DNA of 64,000 bases from Octopus bimaculoides. Taxonomy: Eukaryota. The DNA lies in NCBI RefSeq assembly GCF_001194135.2, contig NC_068984.1, forward strand, positions 32,389,027-32,453,026, read 5' to 3'. The notes beneath the pieces are model-generated. The model worked only from the letters and a program-made list of their open reading frames with translations. It was not told where the DNA came from and ran no database searches. This document shows positions 1-13,168 of the stretch, in pieces (positions within the stretch are counted from its first letter, which is position 1; every line of letters begins with the position of its first letter). The position numbers were made by a program, and so were the translations under genes.

Positions 1-68
1 ATATTTCTGGAATACAAAATTCCCCAAGATGTGTTTACTAATAAACTATATGCAAGGAAAGAATGCAG
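1..68 (-). CDS. Candidate exon of unidentified host gene (runs off window), LHSFLAYSLLVNTSWGILYSRN
   Basis: Acceptor tttcgtctgttgtacaag|CTG on minus strand; open frame, phase 0, joins exon 443-508 in frame. Confidence 0.45.
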   Translation of the reverse strand, partial: MHSFLAYSLLVNTSWGILYSRN

Positions 69-442
69 CTTGTACAACAGACGAAATCAAATATTGAAAT
101 TGTTAATATAGTTAAGTATGCTCGCCCAGACATATAATTCATGTTATTCTATCTAGCAAGAAAATTCTTCAGAGATCAGCCTTATTTGATGACAAAATAA
201 TAGACATTAAGAAAAGTATGTTGCAGAAATAGTAGAGCATTGACAAACAGAACAATGACTTACAGTATTAAGTACAGACATTCTAAACTGAGAGTTCAAA
301 TCCTATCTGAGCTGTTTCTCTCTTTCATTTCTAGGTCTACAAGGATAAAATAAGCTGCAATACATTAAGCCTTCTATAATTAGCCATCACCACGTCATTG
401 AGCTTTAAATGATAATATGGTTTATTATTTTAAATTGCATAC

Positions 443-508
443 TTCTCCAAGTAGATGGAAGTTCTTCAGAGACATCTGCTCAAAATCTTTAGAATATTTA
501 TTCAACTC
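443..508 (-). CDS. Candidate internal exon, ELNKYSKDFEQMSLKNFHLLGE
   Basis: ttccag|GAG...GAA|gtatgc; 66 nt, phase 0-0, no stop; no TE motif recognised. Confidence 0.55.
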
Positions 509-1099
509 CTGGAATTACCAAAAAGACTTTTTAAAAATTATTTAATCATTAGGCTTCCCCAGAGAAATGAATATGAAACGGTAGTGAACCCTGGCAGCCA
601 CAATGGGAAGCAAAATGGAAAAGGGATTTAACGAGAGTAATCTCCCTCGAGCTTCTAGAATGTTTGAGAGCTTTCTGAAAACTTCCAGTTTATGTGAAAG
701 TCAGGGACTTCCAGTTCATCCCTTATATAAGGGAAGGAATTTCTAAATTCATGCCACTCAATGTTTGTCGATTCTTCGACATACCTGAGTCAGGCCGCCA
801 CACATACACACCTGCTTGCACACACATTCGCCTCACTTACTTGGAGACATGTGGTTTGCAAACAGCGTATATTCATATAATGTTACAAGCTTTCCTTCAA
901 TTAACCTTATATGTTAGCACACTATTTCTAGTAATAAATGTTATGACTTATTACAAGCGTCTCGTGAATTTCTATTTTCTTGTTAAGAACAAGATGGTGA
1001 CCCCCGCTTTCTCTCATACTGACTAAATTATAGTGTGTCATTTATTCGACATTACCACTATACAATGGTAATCGTGACATCACTATAAAACCATTGTGT

Positions 1100-3060
1100 T
1101 TTGATTCTTCACAAGAAAATCTTAAAGGTAAAGATGTATCAGTTGTTGGTAGAAAGGATTTGTATGAGTAATTAGTATAATGTTAATAGGTTTCAGACTA
1201 AGTATGACAAGAAGCGGAGAGTCACAGATAATGAGTATATTGGTCAAAAGCAATTGTTCAGAGTAGTAAACATCATAGTAAATACAGAACAAGGAAACAG
1301 TGTTTGTGTAAGTAGTTGCACCTCTCCTTGGAATATGCCTTTGCGGCGAGCTGGCAGAATCGTTAGCACACCGGGCGAAATGCTTAGCGGTATTTCGTCT
1401 GCCGTTACGTTCTGAGTTCAAATTCCGCCGAGGTCGACTTTGCCTTTCATCCTTTCGTGGTCGATAAATTAAGTACCAGTTACGCACTGGGGTCGATGTA
1501 ATCGACTGAATCCGTTCGTCTGTTCTTGTTTGTTCCCTCTATGTTTAGCCCCTTGTGGGCAATAACGAAATAGGTATTGTATTCTATCAGTGATAAGACA
1601 GTCATTCTTTGCGTTTAATTTCAACATGGTGGCCCATGATGAAGTCAGATCAGCTATGGATTTGATTATTCTTACTGGAACTTTTGCAAGTTGAAGGGCT
1701 TCTAGCATCCCTGAGTGGGGAACAGAGTCAAAGGCTTTTTTGTAATCTAGCCACATTGAAACTAGGTTCTTCCTATGCTCCCACACCTCTGACATCACAG
1801 TTTTGTTGATTAACAATTACTCGGCACATCCCCAGACTCCCTTCTTCTCAGTTGTTTGTTCTGCTGTGATAATGTTATTGGTTTTCAAAGTGGTCTTGGA
1901 GGAAGAGATTTAAACATGTGTATATCTTATACATTAAGTTCTAGCATGCAATTGACCAGTAGTTTTTTGCCATGTGGGTGGTTCTGCATTTGTGGATCAA
2001 TTTTGTCTCTGCCAGAGCTAGCCTGTGTGGTATGCTACTGTTCCCAATGAAAGCTTGCTGGTACAAATTGATAAGCTATGGTTGGTAGAATGTTAGCTTC
2101 TAGTACCAATATCCAACCATCAAGTTTCTTCCAGGTGCTTTTCCATTCTGGAGTTTCTGGATCACAGTTGCAAGAGTTTCACCATCAATGTTGTATGTCT
2201 TAGATGTAATGCAGGAGCAATAACTTATTCGGATCTCTTCCAGCCACAGAGCATCTTGGTTAAATTATTTCTCTTCACTCCAGATTTTCCTCCAGGAGGA
2301 GTCTATGTCTTCTCATGAAGGAGTTTTCATGATATTTATTGCTCCTCCTCTCATGTCTCTGTATATGGCTACCTGTTTGCAGTTAATTTTTTTGTTTATT
2401 GTTCTTCTCTCACTTATCCTCTTCCAATGTTGGAGTTTTTCACTGACAGACAGCTTTTAGCTCCTGCTTTAGGGTAATCAGTTTGCAAGTGAGTGTCCCC
2501 TTTTTTTCTGTCTCCAAACATAATTTCTATCTCCTTCTTTACTTTCTGTTGGTGAGACATATAGTGATTTGCTTGTTTGCATGCAATAAGCATCATTACA
2601 TGACTGACGGTCTTCTGTAAACCCGTTATCTTTTTTTTCTCTCTCTTCAAAAGCCACGATGGTACTTTCTTTGTTATTTTGGTTATGTTAACTTTTTGAA
2701 GTGTGCAGGTATGCATGTATCTATATTGGCGGAAACTAGATTGTTGTTACTACTGGAGACTGTTTCTGAGAAATGAGTTCAATGAAGCAAGCAAGTCAGT
2801 CATGAGATGCCTATATTTCCTGAAGAATGAAGAATAGTATAATCTATATAAGAATGTCTCTGGTTACAATTAACAGAGTCATTAATTAACAAGATTATCA
2901 ATATACAGATGAAAACTGTTTGAGAGATACGACCAAGAGCTGAGGTATTGTAGATGATAGACTGTTGGCCAGAGAGCTTAGTTAACATATACTACAAGAC
3001 AATGGTCAGACAGGAAACTTGTAATCTAAGTAAAGAGAGATGATTGAAGTGAATAGGAAA
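1100..3060 (-). mobile_element. Decayed R4/Dong-like (RLE-type) non-LTR retrotransposon, RT region, split by a SINE
   Basis: ORF 1469-1816 has WLDYKKAFDSVPH; beyond the SINE the frame resumes KGIFQG and later SPLLVILSLKP (RT motif B); 2414-2716 PSWLLKREKKKITGLQK resembles the N-terminal part. Confidence 0.75.
1343..1575 (+). mobile_element. tRNA-derived SINE (family A, GGCGAGCTGGCAGAATCG head), well preserved
   Basis: A-box TGGCAGAATCG, B-box GAGTTCAAATTCC, CpG-rich body; decayed copies near 41665-41745 (+) and 45190-45385 (-). Confidence 0.85.
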
Positions 3061-3399
3061 GAAGCTTGTTCCGGACATTGTTAAATGCTTCAGTAATACA
3101 TAGGTTATAATATTGCTTTTGTCTAAGTTTCTAAATTATCATAATAGAAGAGAATAGATTTTCGATAAATTTTGGTTCTGTGGAAACTATATTACTGGTT
3201 ACTAAGATGGAAAAGACTACTTATTCATGTTTATGTCTACTTTTCCATACTAGTATAAGTCATACACATGTGTATTATAGTATGAAAGCACTGTTTTACA
3301 GATAGTTGCTCTTCCTGTAGCTAAACTTATCTGTTTTTCATATAGGGAATCTTTTATTCCCCATACCATTGAAAGTGGAAAGTCAACAAATGATTGAGA

Positions 3400-4200
3400 A
3401 GAAAATTACAAAAACATCACCACAGAGGATCTAGCCAGTATTCAATGTCGATTGACTCTACTTACGATAGATCAGTCATGTTCTAAGAAAAACATATTTG
3501 ACCACTTTGACTGCACTTCCAACATTTATTTAATTTTCTAACACTTAGAGCAGAAAACTCTGGAAAATGTTGTGTATTACATGAATAATATACCAATGGG
3601 TGATCGTCCAAGTGTATAAGAGGTGTAGTTTGCAAACAAGTCATTCTCAGATGAAAAAGAACCAGGTGAGACTGGGATCTTAGTAGAAGTGTGGCAAATT
3701 CATTAACTATTTCCATTAGTTGATGCTGGAATCATGGAAAAATCATGATATCCTGCAGAAGTGAAAGGATGGAAACATCATCTCGATATACAAGAAGAGT
3801 GGTAGAAATGAATGTGAAAATGTCTGGAGATTTTTCTGTATGCTGCACCTGGGAAGAGCCTTGCAAGAGTGAAAAATCAAAGTTGTTCTATTTGAAACAC
3901 AATGTTACTTCAGAAGAGGAGGAAGCCCCATGGATATGGTGATCTGTCTCCATCAGATCCAGAAAAATGTGTGGAACAGGATATGGCACAGTATGTGGTC
4001 TTCATTATTTTCTCAATGGATAGATAAAACTTAGTTGTGAAGCCAAATCTTCTACTCAAAGCTGGCTTGTACAACAACAAGAAAAAATAATCAGGATACA
4101 ATAAGTCTGAATAGAGACTGACTGAGATACAAGGATGTGATTAAACAGAAGATTAGGATATTAAGCTTTGACATTGTCAGTAGGAGGAGAGTAACTCAGA
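3400..4200 (+). mobile_element. Decayed RTE-clade LINE fragment
   Basis: Broken frames give EPGETGILVEVWQ, FRRGGSPMDMVICLHQIQK/CVEQDMAQYVVFI and QIFYSKL...LRYKDVIKQ, typical RTE RT and C-terminal motifs. Confidence 0.65.
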
Positions 4201-4604
4201 AATGGGAAGCTTAAATGGTTTCTACTTTCTATTGATTTTAGGAAAATGATCCACTTTTGACATTATGACTTGTGTGAGAGATGGACAGTCATCAATGTGT
4301 ATCAACAGACAATCAATGTTGTAAACTTAAAATGACATTAAAACTATGATACTGTAGAAAACATATGAGTGGGTACTGAAAAGTTCTTGGCTTAAAGGGT
4401 ATCTTAAAAGGCCTGGTTGGAGGCCCGGCCCTCTAATTTCTCTAATAGGGCTTAGAAAAACTGAAGGGATGCTGTAATTCTGGGAGGGTATTATGTTCAA
4501 TAAAATCATAATTAACTGATCCTCCTGTATTTTCTTTTACCCAAATCCAGGAACTTTTCAACAGCCCCTCGTAGTATTAATATTAAAATGAATATTCAAC
4601 TTAC

Positions 4605-4662
4605 ATCAAACTTGCAAGTGGGAAACTCAACTGTTCTGTAATGCTCATTCAGACACTTTATA
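4605..4662 (-). CDS. Candidate internal exon, (x)IKCLNEHYRTVEFPTCKFD
   Basis: ttgttttctcataacag|T...GAT|gtaagt; 58 nt, phase 2-0, joins 443-508 in frame. Confidence 0.55.
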
Positions 4663-5859
4663 CTGTTATGAGAAAACAATTTTCATCGCTTCCTAGTCGT
4701 TTTGGGATATAGATATTCAATGCCCTAACAGCTACATGCAAATAATATATTTTTCTTGGAAAAATATAAATATGAAATACAAGACAAGCTATAATTCTTT
4801 ACTAAAACAACATTATGCAAGGTGGAAAAAATAATTACTGCAGTGTATTTAGTCTTAAAATTTCTCATTTGAATACTTAAAAATTTTCCCTAAAATTATG
4901 ATTTACTATAAATGGAATGTTTAGATGTAATTTGCTATCAACAAAATATTAACGTAATTTATAAAATAATTTTTACTTTATTGTCAATAAAATGTCATGG
5001 AGAATAAGAGAATAAAGACAAAACCTGATACATTGATTTGAGGCTGAGTGTAAATTGGTATGTGAATTAGTGCAAGTAATGACATATCAAGTTTGAATCT
5101 TTGATGGATGATGGCTATTAAGTTATAAAGTGACATTGCAGATATCATCAATTATTATTATTATTTTTGTTTTCAATAGAATATCCAATACAGAATTATA
5201 TTTCCCTTCAGAATTTTAAGGAACATTTTCGAAGATTGAATCTATTTATGAAGTGATGGAATTATTATTCTACATTTCGATATTTCATGGCTTATATAAA
5301 TTAAGTTCAGTGATTTATATTTCATTTTTGATACATCATTTTATTATCCTTTTTTTTTTGTTTATTTTTTTGCAAAGGAGAGCATCTTTAGGGTATTTCA
5401 GGAATTGCAAGATATTAATGTTCTGAACTGTGAAATTTAAATAGGATCTACTTCTGACTAATTTAGTGGAAGCACTTTTCACTGCATCCTTTATTAGGTC
5501 ATATGTTGTGGTAACGGAAAAGAGCTTTATGGAATTCTAACATCGCTAGAATCACAATTCCCTTAATCAAGTCAATAACTTTGTGATAGGCTGTGTTTTC
5601 TGATATCACCGGTGTGACACTGACCCCATAGTGCCAAAATTACCTAGCTATTAATTTCTTGTTCTATTTAATTGTTTAATAGCTATCATAAGATGGTACA
5701 ACCTCCCATTGTAAGCTGAAAGATTATTTACATATTAGTGACAAATCTGAAATAGAAACTGCTGCAGATAAACCAACCATGTTCTGATGTTCATTTAAAA
5801 AACTGTCAAATGATTAGTGCTTTAGAAATTAGTATGATCACAATTCTGCAATACCTATA

Positions 5860-6198
5860 GGATAAAGACCTCCTTCAGTCACGAATGACCATTGTATTGC
5901 ACATAGAAAGTTTTCCTCCAGGGAACAAATCCAAGCAAAGCTGTTTGTAGAAGACCAGCAGCGCCCATGCATACCAGTCTCCCATCTCCACACACCCAAT
6001 GTTGTCCAAGAGAAAGGCAAATGCTGATACAGCTTGGCACCAGTGACATTGCAACCCATTTCTACAACTGAGTGAACTGGAGCAACATAAAATAAAGTGT
6101 TTTGCTCAAGAACACAACACACAACCTGGTGCAGGAATTGAACTTACAGCATTACAATTGTAAGCCTGACACTAACCTCAGAGCCATTGCACCTTCAC
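5860..6198 (-). mobile_element. tRNA-headed SINE with GTGTTCTTGAGCAAAACACTT core (family M); its 5' end abuts an N gap
   Basis: Minus strand shows a tRNA-like head, the conserved core and a GGTCATTCGTGACTGAAGG tail; decayed relative at 7500-7740 (+). Confidence 0.65.
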
Positions 6199-6906
6199 NN
6201 NNNNNNNNNNNNNNNNNNNNNNNNNNNNNNNNNNNNNNNNNNNNNNNNNNNNNNNNNNNNNNNNNNNNNNNNNNNNNNNNNNNNNNNNNNNNNNNNNNNN
6301 NNNNNNNNNNNNNNNNNNNNNNNNNNNNNNNNNNNNNNNNNNNNNNNNNNNNNNNNNNNNNNNNNNNNNNNNNNNNNNNNNNNNNNNNNNNNNNNNNNNN
6401 NNNNNNNNNNNNNNNNNNNNNNNNNNNNNNNNNNNNNNNNNNNNNNNNNNNNNNNNNNNNNNNNNNNNNNNNNNNNNNNNNNNNNNNNNNNNNNNNNNNN
6501 NNNNNNNNNNNNNNNNNNNNNNNNNNNNNNNNNNNNNNNNNNNNNNNNNNNNNNNNNNNNNNNNNNNNNNNNNNNNNNNNNNNNNNNNNNNNNNNNNNNN
6601 NNNNNNNNNNNNNNNNNNNNNNNNNNNNNNNNNNNNNNNNNNNNNNNNNNNNNNNNNNNNNNNNNNNNNNNNNNNNNNNNNNNNNNNNNNNNNNNNNNNN
6701 NNNNNNNNNNNNNNNNNNNNNNNNNNNNNNNNNNNNNNNNNNNNNNNNNNNNNNNNNNNNNNNNNNNNNNNNNNNNNNNNNNNNNNNNNNNNNNNNNNNN
6801 NNNNNNNNNNNNNNNNNNNNNNNNNNNNNNNNNNNNNNNNNNNNNNNNNNNNNNNNNNNNNNNNNNNNNNNNNNNNNNNNNNNNNNNNNNNNNNNNNNNN
6901 NNNNNN
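6199..6906. other. Assembly gap (N run)
   Basis: N run; other gaps at 12436-12836, 14039-14048, 26906-27664, 50903-50912, 57052-57151. Confidence 1.
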
Positions 6907-7224
6907 AGGGCATTACTATACAATAACGCCTCACGCCATGAGGGACTCTAAGGTCAGACTACTATAAAAAGCACATTTTTACCGAATGCGAAGAAATGCA
7001 ACTCTCAAAGTGAACCCCTTAAAAACGGACTTAAATTATAGATCATGATTTCGTAGTTATTGTAGTATTATACAACTTCTACTCGTCAGTATAATATGGT
7101 CAAGAAAAATAGAAATAAACAGTGAATCAACATACCAAACGAACACCGTGTATCCAGCATAGCATATAGACGACTGTTCATCGCTAATGCCCTTATATAA
7201 ATATACATACATATATATGTATTT

Positions 7225-7410
7225 TTGTGTGTGTGTTTGTTCCCCCACCTTCGTTTGACAACCGATGCTGGTGTGTTTACATCCTCGACGTAAAAGAGAC
7301 TGATAGATTAAGTACTAGGCTTACAAAGAATAAGTCTTGGGGTCAATTTGGCGATTAAAGGGGGTGCACCGGCATGGCTGCAGTCAAATGACTAAATGAA
7401 GTAAAAGAAT
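7225..7410 (+). mobile_element. 3' half of family C SINE
   Basis: AGTACTAGGCTTACAAAGAATAAGTC...CAGTCAAATGAC tail as in 42291-42704; another 3' half at 28245-28425. Confidence 0.75.
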
Positions 7411-8603
7411 AGTGAATGCGTTGCATCAATCCAATACATATCCTATGAAGATATATTAATATTTACTGCTGTAATTTAATGTTAATGGAAGGATTAGAAA
7501 AGTGAAGGCACATACACTTGTTGTCAGAGTGTTGCACACAAGATTGCAAGATTGTTAATTTTGTTCCTGGATCAGGTAGTGCATTGTGTTCTTGAACATT
7601 CTTCCAGTTCATTCAACTGTAATTGAATAACTCTGCAATGGACTGTTATCCTGTTCAAGGTGAATGTTGTGATCTCAGTCATTTATGTATCATGGAAGCT
7701 GGGTAACTGGCCCTGTGAGTCCTAGGACTCAAAACAGTAATGTCCATGGTTAGTGATGATGCTAAATGCTTTGAACTTGAGATCTCAATATCTTATTCAT
7801 AACACTGGGATTTCTTATCTTTATCTATAGCTCTTTAAAAAAAAGCATTTTAAACATTATATTTATGTTCATGATGTGTTATCATACCTTATAATTTACT
7901 TGGTTTAGGAGAAGGTTGTACAAATTGAAAAATTTACAATAAAAAGCATTTGCTAAGAATATTTTTGTAAAACACGTTCTTTGTTAATCCTCATGAATGT
8001 GACAATTTTTTCATTTTTTAAAATTAGACTGTGCTTGTTTGATGTAAAAAGATCTTTGACAATCCATACATGTGTTTCAATTATATGAGCCTTTCAATTC
8101 ATGACAGAATGAACAAAATAAAGTTTCAAAAAAATATGAACTTAAAAGAAATGTTTGTAGGCCTAACATATTTGTCTCTGAACTGAGGTTTTTTTTTTTT
8201 CTTTGTTTCCTAACAATGAAAGCATGTCTAAAAGTCTATGTCAGCATGCCATTTAACAAGCTAACAATGTAGTGTAAATTGTACAACACCCACATCTGCC
8301 ATCATAAAAATGTACCCAATATAAATATTATCCATTTTCGTGATGCAATTTGAGGAAGTGATAAAATACAAGAAAGAAAATCAGCTTGCTGCTTCATTTT
8401 CCCAAAACGGAATGAATAAAAAAAGAAAAGGTAACAAGTAGTAGTAGTAGTAGTAGTAAAATATTGAGATATAAACTGCATTAAAGGCACAAATGTATTA
8501 ACTAGTTATCTATTCTTTAATTCTTAAATTTTACCCATTATTGTAAAACAAGTGTAATACACTGATTTTTCCCAAAATTCTCTACCATTATCTCAAAACT
8601 TAC

Positions 8604-8664
8604 TTGGTATTGAATATTTTCGAAAACATGTTCTATAGGCTGAATTATTTTCCTATTCACATTT
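8604..8664 (-). CDS. Candidate exon, (R)NVNRKIIQPIEHVFENIQYQ
   Basis: ttctaatgtaattcttcag|A...CAA|gtaagt; the only open frame is phase 2-0, which does not join 4605-4662 directly. Confidence 0.35.
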
Positions 8665-9142
8665 CTGAAGAATTACATTAGAAATGAGTCTAAAGTACCA
8701 TGCAAAATAAATAAATAAATAAAAGAGAAAGAAGCTTTAAAATAATATAAAGCTGAATGAAACAATATTAGTACAGAAAATTTACATGGATGCATCTATG
8801 TTTAGTGTCATTGAAGCCCACATAATTTTCTAGTAAAATAAGGAGCAGTGGTTTAATAATTTTATGCTTCTTTTTTGTGTATATTGGTGTATTGTATAAT
8901 AGATGTGTCTTTTAATTTAAATGTCTATACTAAAAATACAAAGTGTTCAAAACTGACACAGAACAAGATTTTTTAAAAACTCTCACTGATATGAAGAAAT
9001 CACAGCTTTGCAGATGTTTGCAATTTGTAATTCTGAAAAGCTTCATAAATTTTGGTTCAAAATGTTATGGTATATGTGTGTTTGTATGTATATATATATA
9101 CATATATCTACATATATGGTAAAAACGAGTAGTACCTGTATT

Positions 9143-9309
9143 TCAAAGGGCCAGCCTCGTCACAATCTGTATCACGCTGAATCTCCCTGAGAACTGCATT
9201 AAAGGAACATGTGTCTGTGGAATGCTCAACCACTCGTATGTTAATTTCATGAGCAGGCTGTTCTGTTGATTGTATCAGCTTGGACCCTTGTCATCATAAC
9301 CAACAGTGC
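9143..9309 (+). mobile_element. 3' part of family B SINE
   Basis: Matches the tail of 56198-56578. Confidence 0.75.
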
Positions 9310-9906
9310 TTCTATACATACACACACATATATGCATATATAAATATACAGTCTGTTAAAGTCTGTCATACCGGCCATGACGAAGGGAAATAGCCCTGAA
9401 ACTCGAGTCGCCTTTATATATTTATATTTATATATTTGATCCTTTATATTGAACACTCAATATTTCATCTACATTCAATACTTTCTTTCATGGTGCCATC
9501 CATTTTTATTTTATTTTATATTATATATTGTATATTATATTGTATATTCCATATTCTATACCCCACATTGGTTGTGCAGGAATATAAATAAAACATAAAA
9601 AAAACAGACAGTGTTGGAACTCTTTTAAACAAAATAATATATTCCTCTATACACAATCATACAAAAAACCCCACCTTTTTTGTATTTATTTTTACTCGCA
9701 TATATAAATATATGTATATATAAATATATGCATATATACAAAAATGGATTTGGAGTTAATTTAACTCTTATTTTAGCATAAGCAGTGCTAGTCAGCATCC
9801 TCCATCACTTTTGTGACCTCTAAAAGTTTTGCCTTTAGGTTCTAATTGCTAATGGGTTACTCTTTTAATTTTTTGTATACATACATACATTCATACATAC
9901 ATATAG

Positions 9907-9941
<35 letters not shown>

Positions 9942-9944
9942 CTT

Positions 9945-10490
9945 GAAAATGTTCGTTATAGGTATACAGATACTATAAAAATTGTAAAAATGGAGAAAAG
10001 ATGTTAAAAAATCAAAACTAGATTTTATAAAAACATACGAACGTTTCAAAGGCCAATACAAATATTTTAGGAAAAATTATAATAATAATACTTATAATTA
10101 AAGTTATTGTCATTGTCATCAGTGTGAAGAGTTTAAAGAAAAAACATCCAAGGAAGATATTACTAAAAATCAAGAAGGGAAAATTTAACCGGATATTTGC
10201 AAATAAGTTGTAATAGAGAAAAATTAAGAGAAACAAAAAAGAGGGAGATGTCAATGTGTATGTAAGTCTATTATCTTAAACTCTTCACACTGATGAGAAT
10301 GACAATACATAACTTTAATTACAAGTATTATCATTATAATTTTTTCTGACATATTTGTATTGCCCTCTGAAACGTTTGTATGTGTTTATTAAATCTAATT
10401 TTGACTTTTTAACATCTTTCCTCCATTTTTATAATTGTTTATGGTATCTTTATAAACTATAACGAACTTTTTCAATTGTTATTTTCATAT
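9945..10490. repeat. Inverted pair of ~200 bp AT-rich repeats, each with CTGATGA...GAAACGTT
   Basis: 9945-10150 is the diverged reverse complement of 10265-10490. Confidence 0.75.
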
Positions 10491-10719
10491 TCCTATTGCT
10501 TACTCTAGCAGGATATTTCTGAATATGATAAAACTTTATTAGAAGTTATTTTCTTTCTTTTTGGACTCTTCAAAAAGTTTGAATTATTCTACTTGAACCT
10601 ATTCTCACAGATGGTGCCCAACTGAAACCTACTATACTATGTAGTTGACAAAATCAAAGCAAACAATGAGCATGCATGGGATTAGAAATAGAAAATGATG
10701 ACAATTTACCCATCGCATC

Positions 10720-10720
10720 C

Positions 10721-10784
<64 letters not shown>

Positions 10785-10878
10785 CATATATGTGTGTGTG
10801 TACACATGCATATATATATATATATACACACACACACATATATCTATCTATATACATACATAAATATAAATATATAAA

Positions 10879-10939
<61 letters not shown>

Positions 10940-10960
10940 CTATATATATATATATATACT
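10720..10960. repeat. Compound (TA)n/(TG)n/(CA)n microsatellite
   Basis: Seen directly; similar tracts at 13090-13300, 16850-17250, 24180-24500, 24690-24830, 47430-47870, 50840-51030, 62780-62930. Confidence 0.95.
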
Positions 10961-11604
10961 GGGGTGGGGAAAAATGCAAAGATACAAACTTATGTTTTCA
11001 CATAAAAAATGTTTAGAGCCGTAAAAAATATTTTAAAATTTGTAGATGTTATCAGAAGTGAGTTTTCTGAGAAACAAAAAATAGAAACATAAGTAAATTA
11101 TATTTTTTCATTGGTTTACACTGTTTGCAGTCTATCAATATTTACCATACATTCTTCAATACAATTTCTAGCCTATATAGTGGATGAAACTCATGGGATC
11201 AATTTCAAATAGTAATGTCACTTAAGTTGATTTGGAGATAAGGGATATAGCAGTTAGTTTGTGTGCTTCATGTATGCATGTCTGTGTGTATAGAAGAAAT
11301 TTAGCTAAGCATAAGTTCATATCATTTGTTCCCTATGTACTGATGTCGTTTGTTGCAACCTCTGCATTGGAGGTTCTGAGTGTAACTGGTTTCTAAAACA
11401 CAACAGATCACCAGGGAAGCATTATATAAACTTGTGTTTATAACAAATGATACAAACTTGTGTTTATCATAATTTTTCTTACATTTGCTCAGTGTATTGT
11501 ATGTCATCTCTACATAATCATGCATCTTGAAAGAAATGGCAATGAAATTTCTTCAGATGGACCTTACCATTTTGAAAATAGAAAGACATATTGTATAATT
11601 GGAA

Positions 11605-11905
11605 TTCCTTTTAGCACCTTGTGGAGCATAGGGCCAGTTTCCCGGTTTCCATGGCATATGTGCTCCCCACTAGCTGGACGGGACGCCAGTCCATCACAGC
11701 TTTTTACTCAAGAAACAGGAAGAAAGAGTGAGAGAAAGATGGGGTGAAAGAGTACAGCAGGGGTCGCCACCACCCTCTGCCGGAGCCTTGTGGAGATTTA
11801 GATGTTTTCGCTCAATAAACACACACAGCGCCCGGTCTGGGAATCGAAATCACGACCCTCCAACCACGAGTCAACTGCCCTAACCACTGGGCCATTGCTC
11901 CTCCA
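11605..11905 (-). mobile_element. Family B-type SINE head with an alternative 3' tail
   Basis: Same tRNA-Arg-like head and GAGCGAAAACA core as 56198, different tail (GATGGACTGGCGTCCCGTCCAG...GGAAACCGGG). Confidence 0.8.
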
Positions 11906-13125
11906 CATATTGTATAATACAGTTCTAAAATTATTGTCGGTCAGCTTAACTGGGGAAGGCCTGAGAACAAATAGTACACACACACACACAGGCATGTATA
12001 TATAGATACACAAGCTAATGCATATATAGACACACACACATGTATATATAGATACACACACACACACATATATGTCACAGTACTGACCAAGCCATCAGAT
12101 GCTGCTATAAACCACTGGTTATTATGCATTTTCAATTCTGTCCTGATTGTGCCATTCTTTTCCATCTTGGCACAAATTTTGTAATTAAATCACTTTCCCA
12201 TCATTGTGGAGGCCTGTACAAGTGGCCTTTTCTGATCTCTTGGATATCGCTTTGCAACAGCATGTGTCCACCTGTTGTCTGTGAATTCAGTGGCATGTCT
12301 GACCCAACAGAACTTGCCCTCTTGGTACTTTGCAATCACATACATTGTTCCATTCCATTCTCAAATTATCTCATTTTGAATGTGCTCTCATAAAAATATG
12401 TATATATATATATACATATATATATATGTATATATNNNNNNNNNNNNNNNNNNNNNNNNNNNNNNNNNNNNNNNNNNNNNNNNNNNNNNNNNNNNNNNNN
12501 NNNNNNNNNNNNNNNNNNNNNNNNNNNNNNNNNNNNNNNNNNNNNNNNNNNNNNNNNNNNNNNNNNNNNNNNNNNNNNNNNNNNNNNNNNNNNNNNNNNN
12601 NNNNNNNNNNNNNNNNNNNNNNNNNNNNNNNNNNNNNNNNNNNNNNNNNNNNNNNNNNNNNNNNNNNNNNNNNNNNNNNNNNNNNNNNNNNNNNNNNNNN
12701 NNNNNNNNNNNNNNNNNNNNNNNNNNNNNNNNNNNNNNNNNNNNNNNNNNNNNNNNNNNNNNNNNNNNNNNNNNNNNNNNNNNNNNNNNNNNNNNNNNNN
12801 NNNNNNNNNNNNNNNNNNNNNNNNNNNNNNNNNNNNTTATATACCTATTTGGTCAGTATTTTTAATGTATTTCGTGTTACTAACTATTTCAGCTACCAAT
12901 ATATGAAAGAAATCATGTTGCAATGTAAATATGTGTGTGAAAATATTGCACTTAGTTTTTTTATAAATTTTTTTTTTTTTTGCAAAACTGATTTCATTTA
13001 TTATATAAACCATATTTTGATGGCTTTTTTTTCTTTGCATAACTGATTATATTGTTTGTATAACATATAGCTCCATCCTCCTCTTTCACATGTGTGTGTG
13101 TGTATGTATATATATATATATACAT

Positions 13126-13168
<43 letters not shown>

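Noticed and set aside
841-905. Exon-like segment LIEGKLVTLYEYTLFANHMSP with gtaagt donor
   Set aside because: The only open frame ends in phase 1, which does not fit the phase-0 neighbours, and the acceptor is poor.
3483-3716. Minus ORF with KCWKCSQSG, resembling a zinc finger
   Set aside because: It is the antisense of a decayed RTE RT region.
6102-6951. Long ORFs of 240-280 aa (also 12330-13046 and 26866-27705)
   Set aside because: They are open only because they cross N gaps.
10632-11005. YI/CV/HT-rich ORFs here and at 16805-17304, 24172-24478, 47445-47835
   Set aside because: These are translations of dinucleotide microsatellites.
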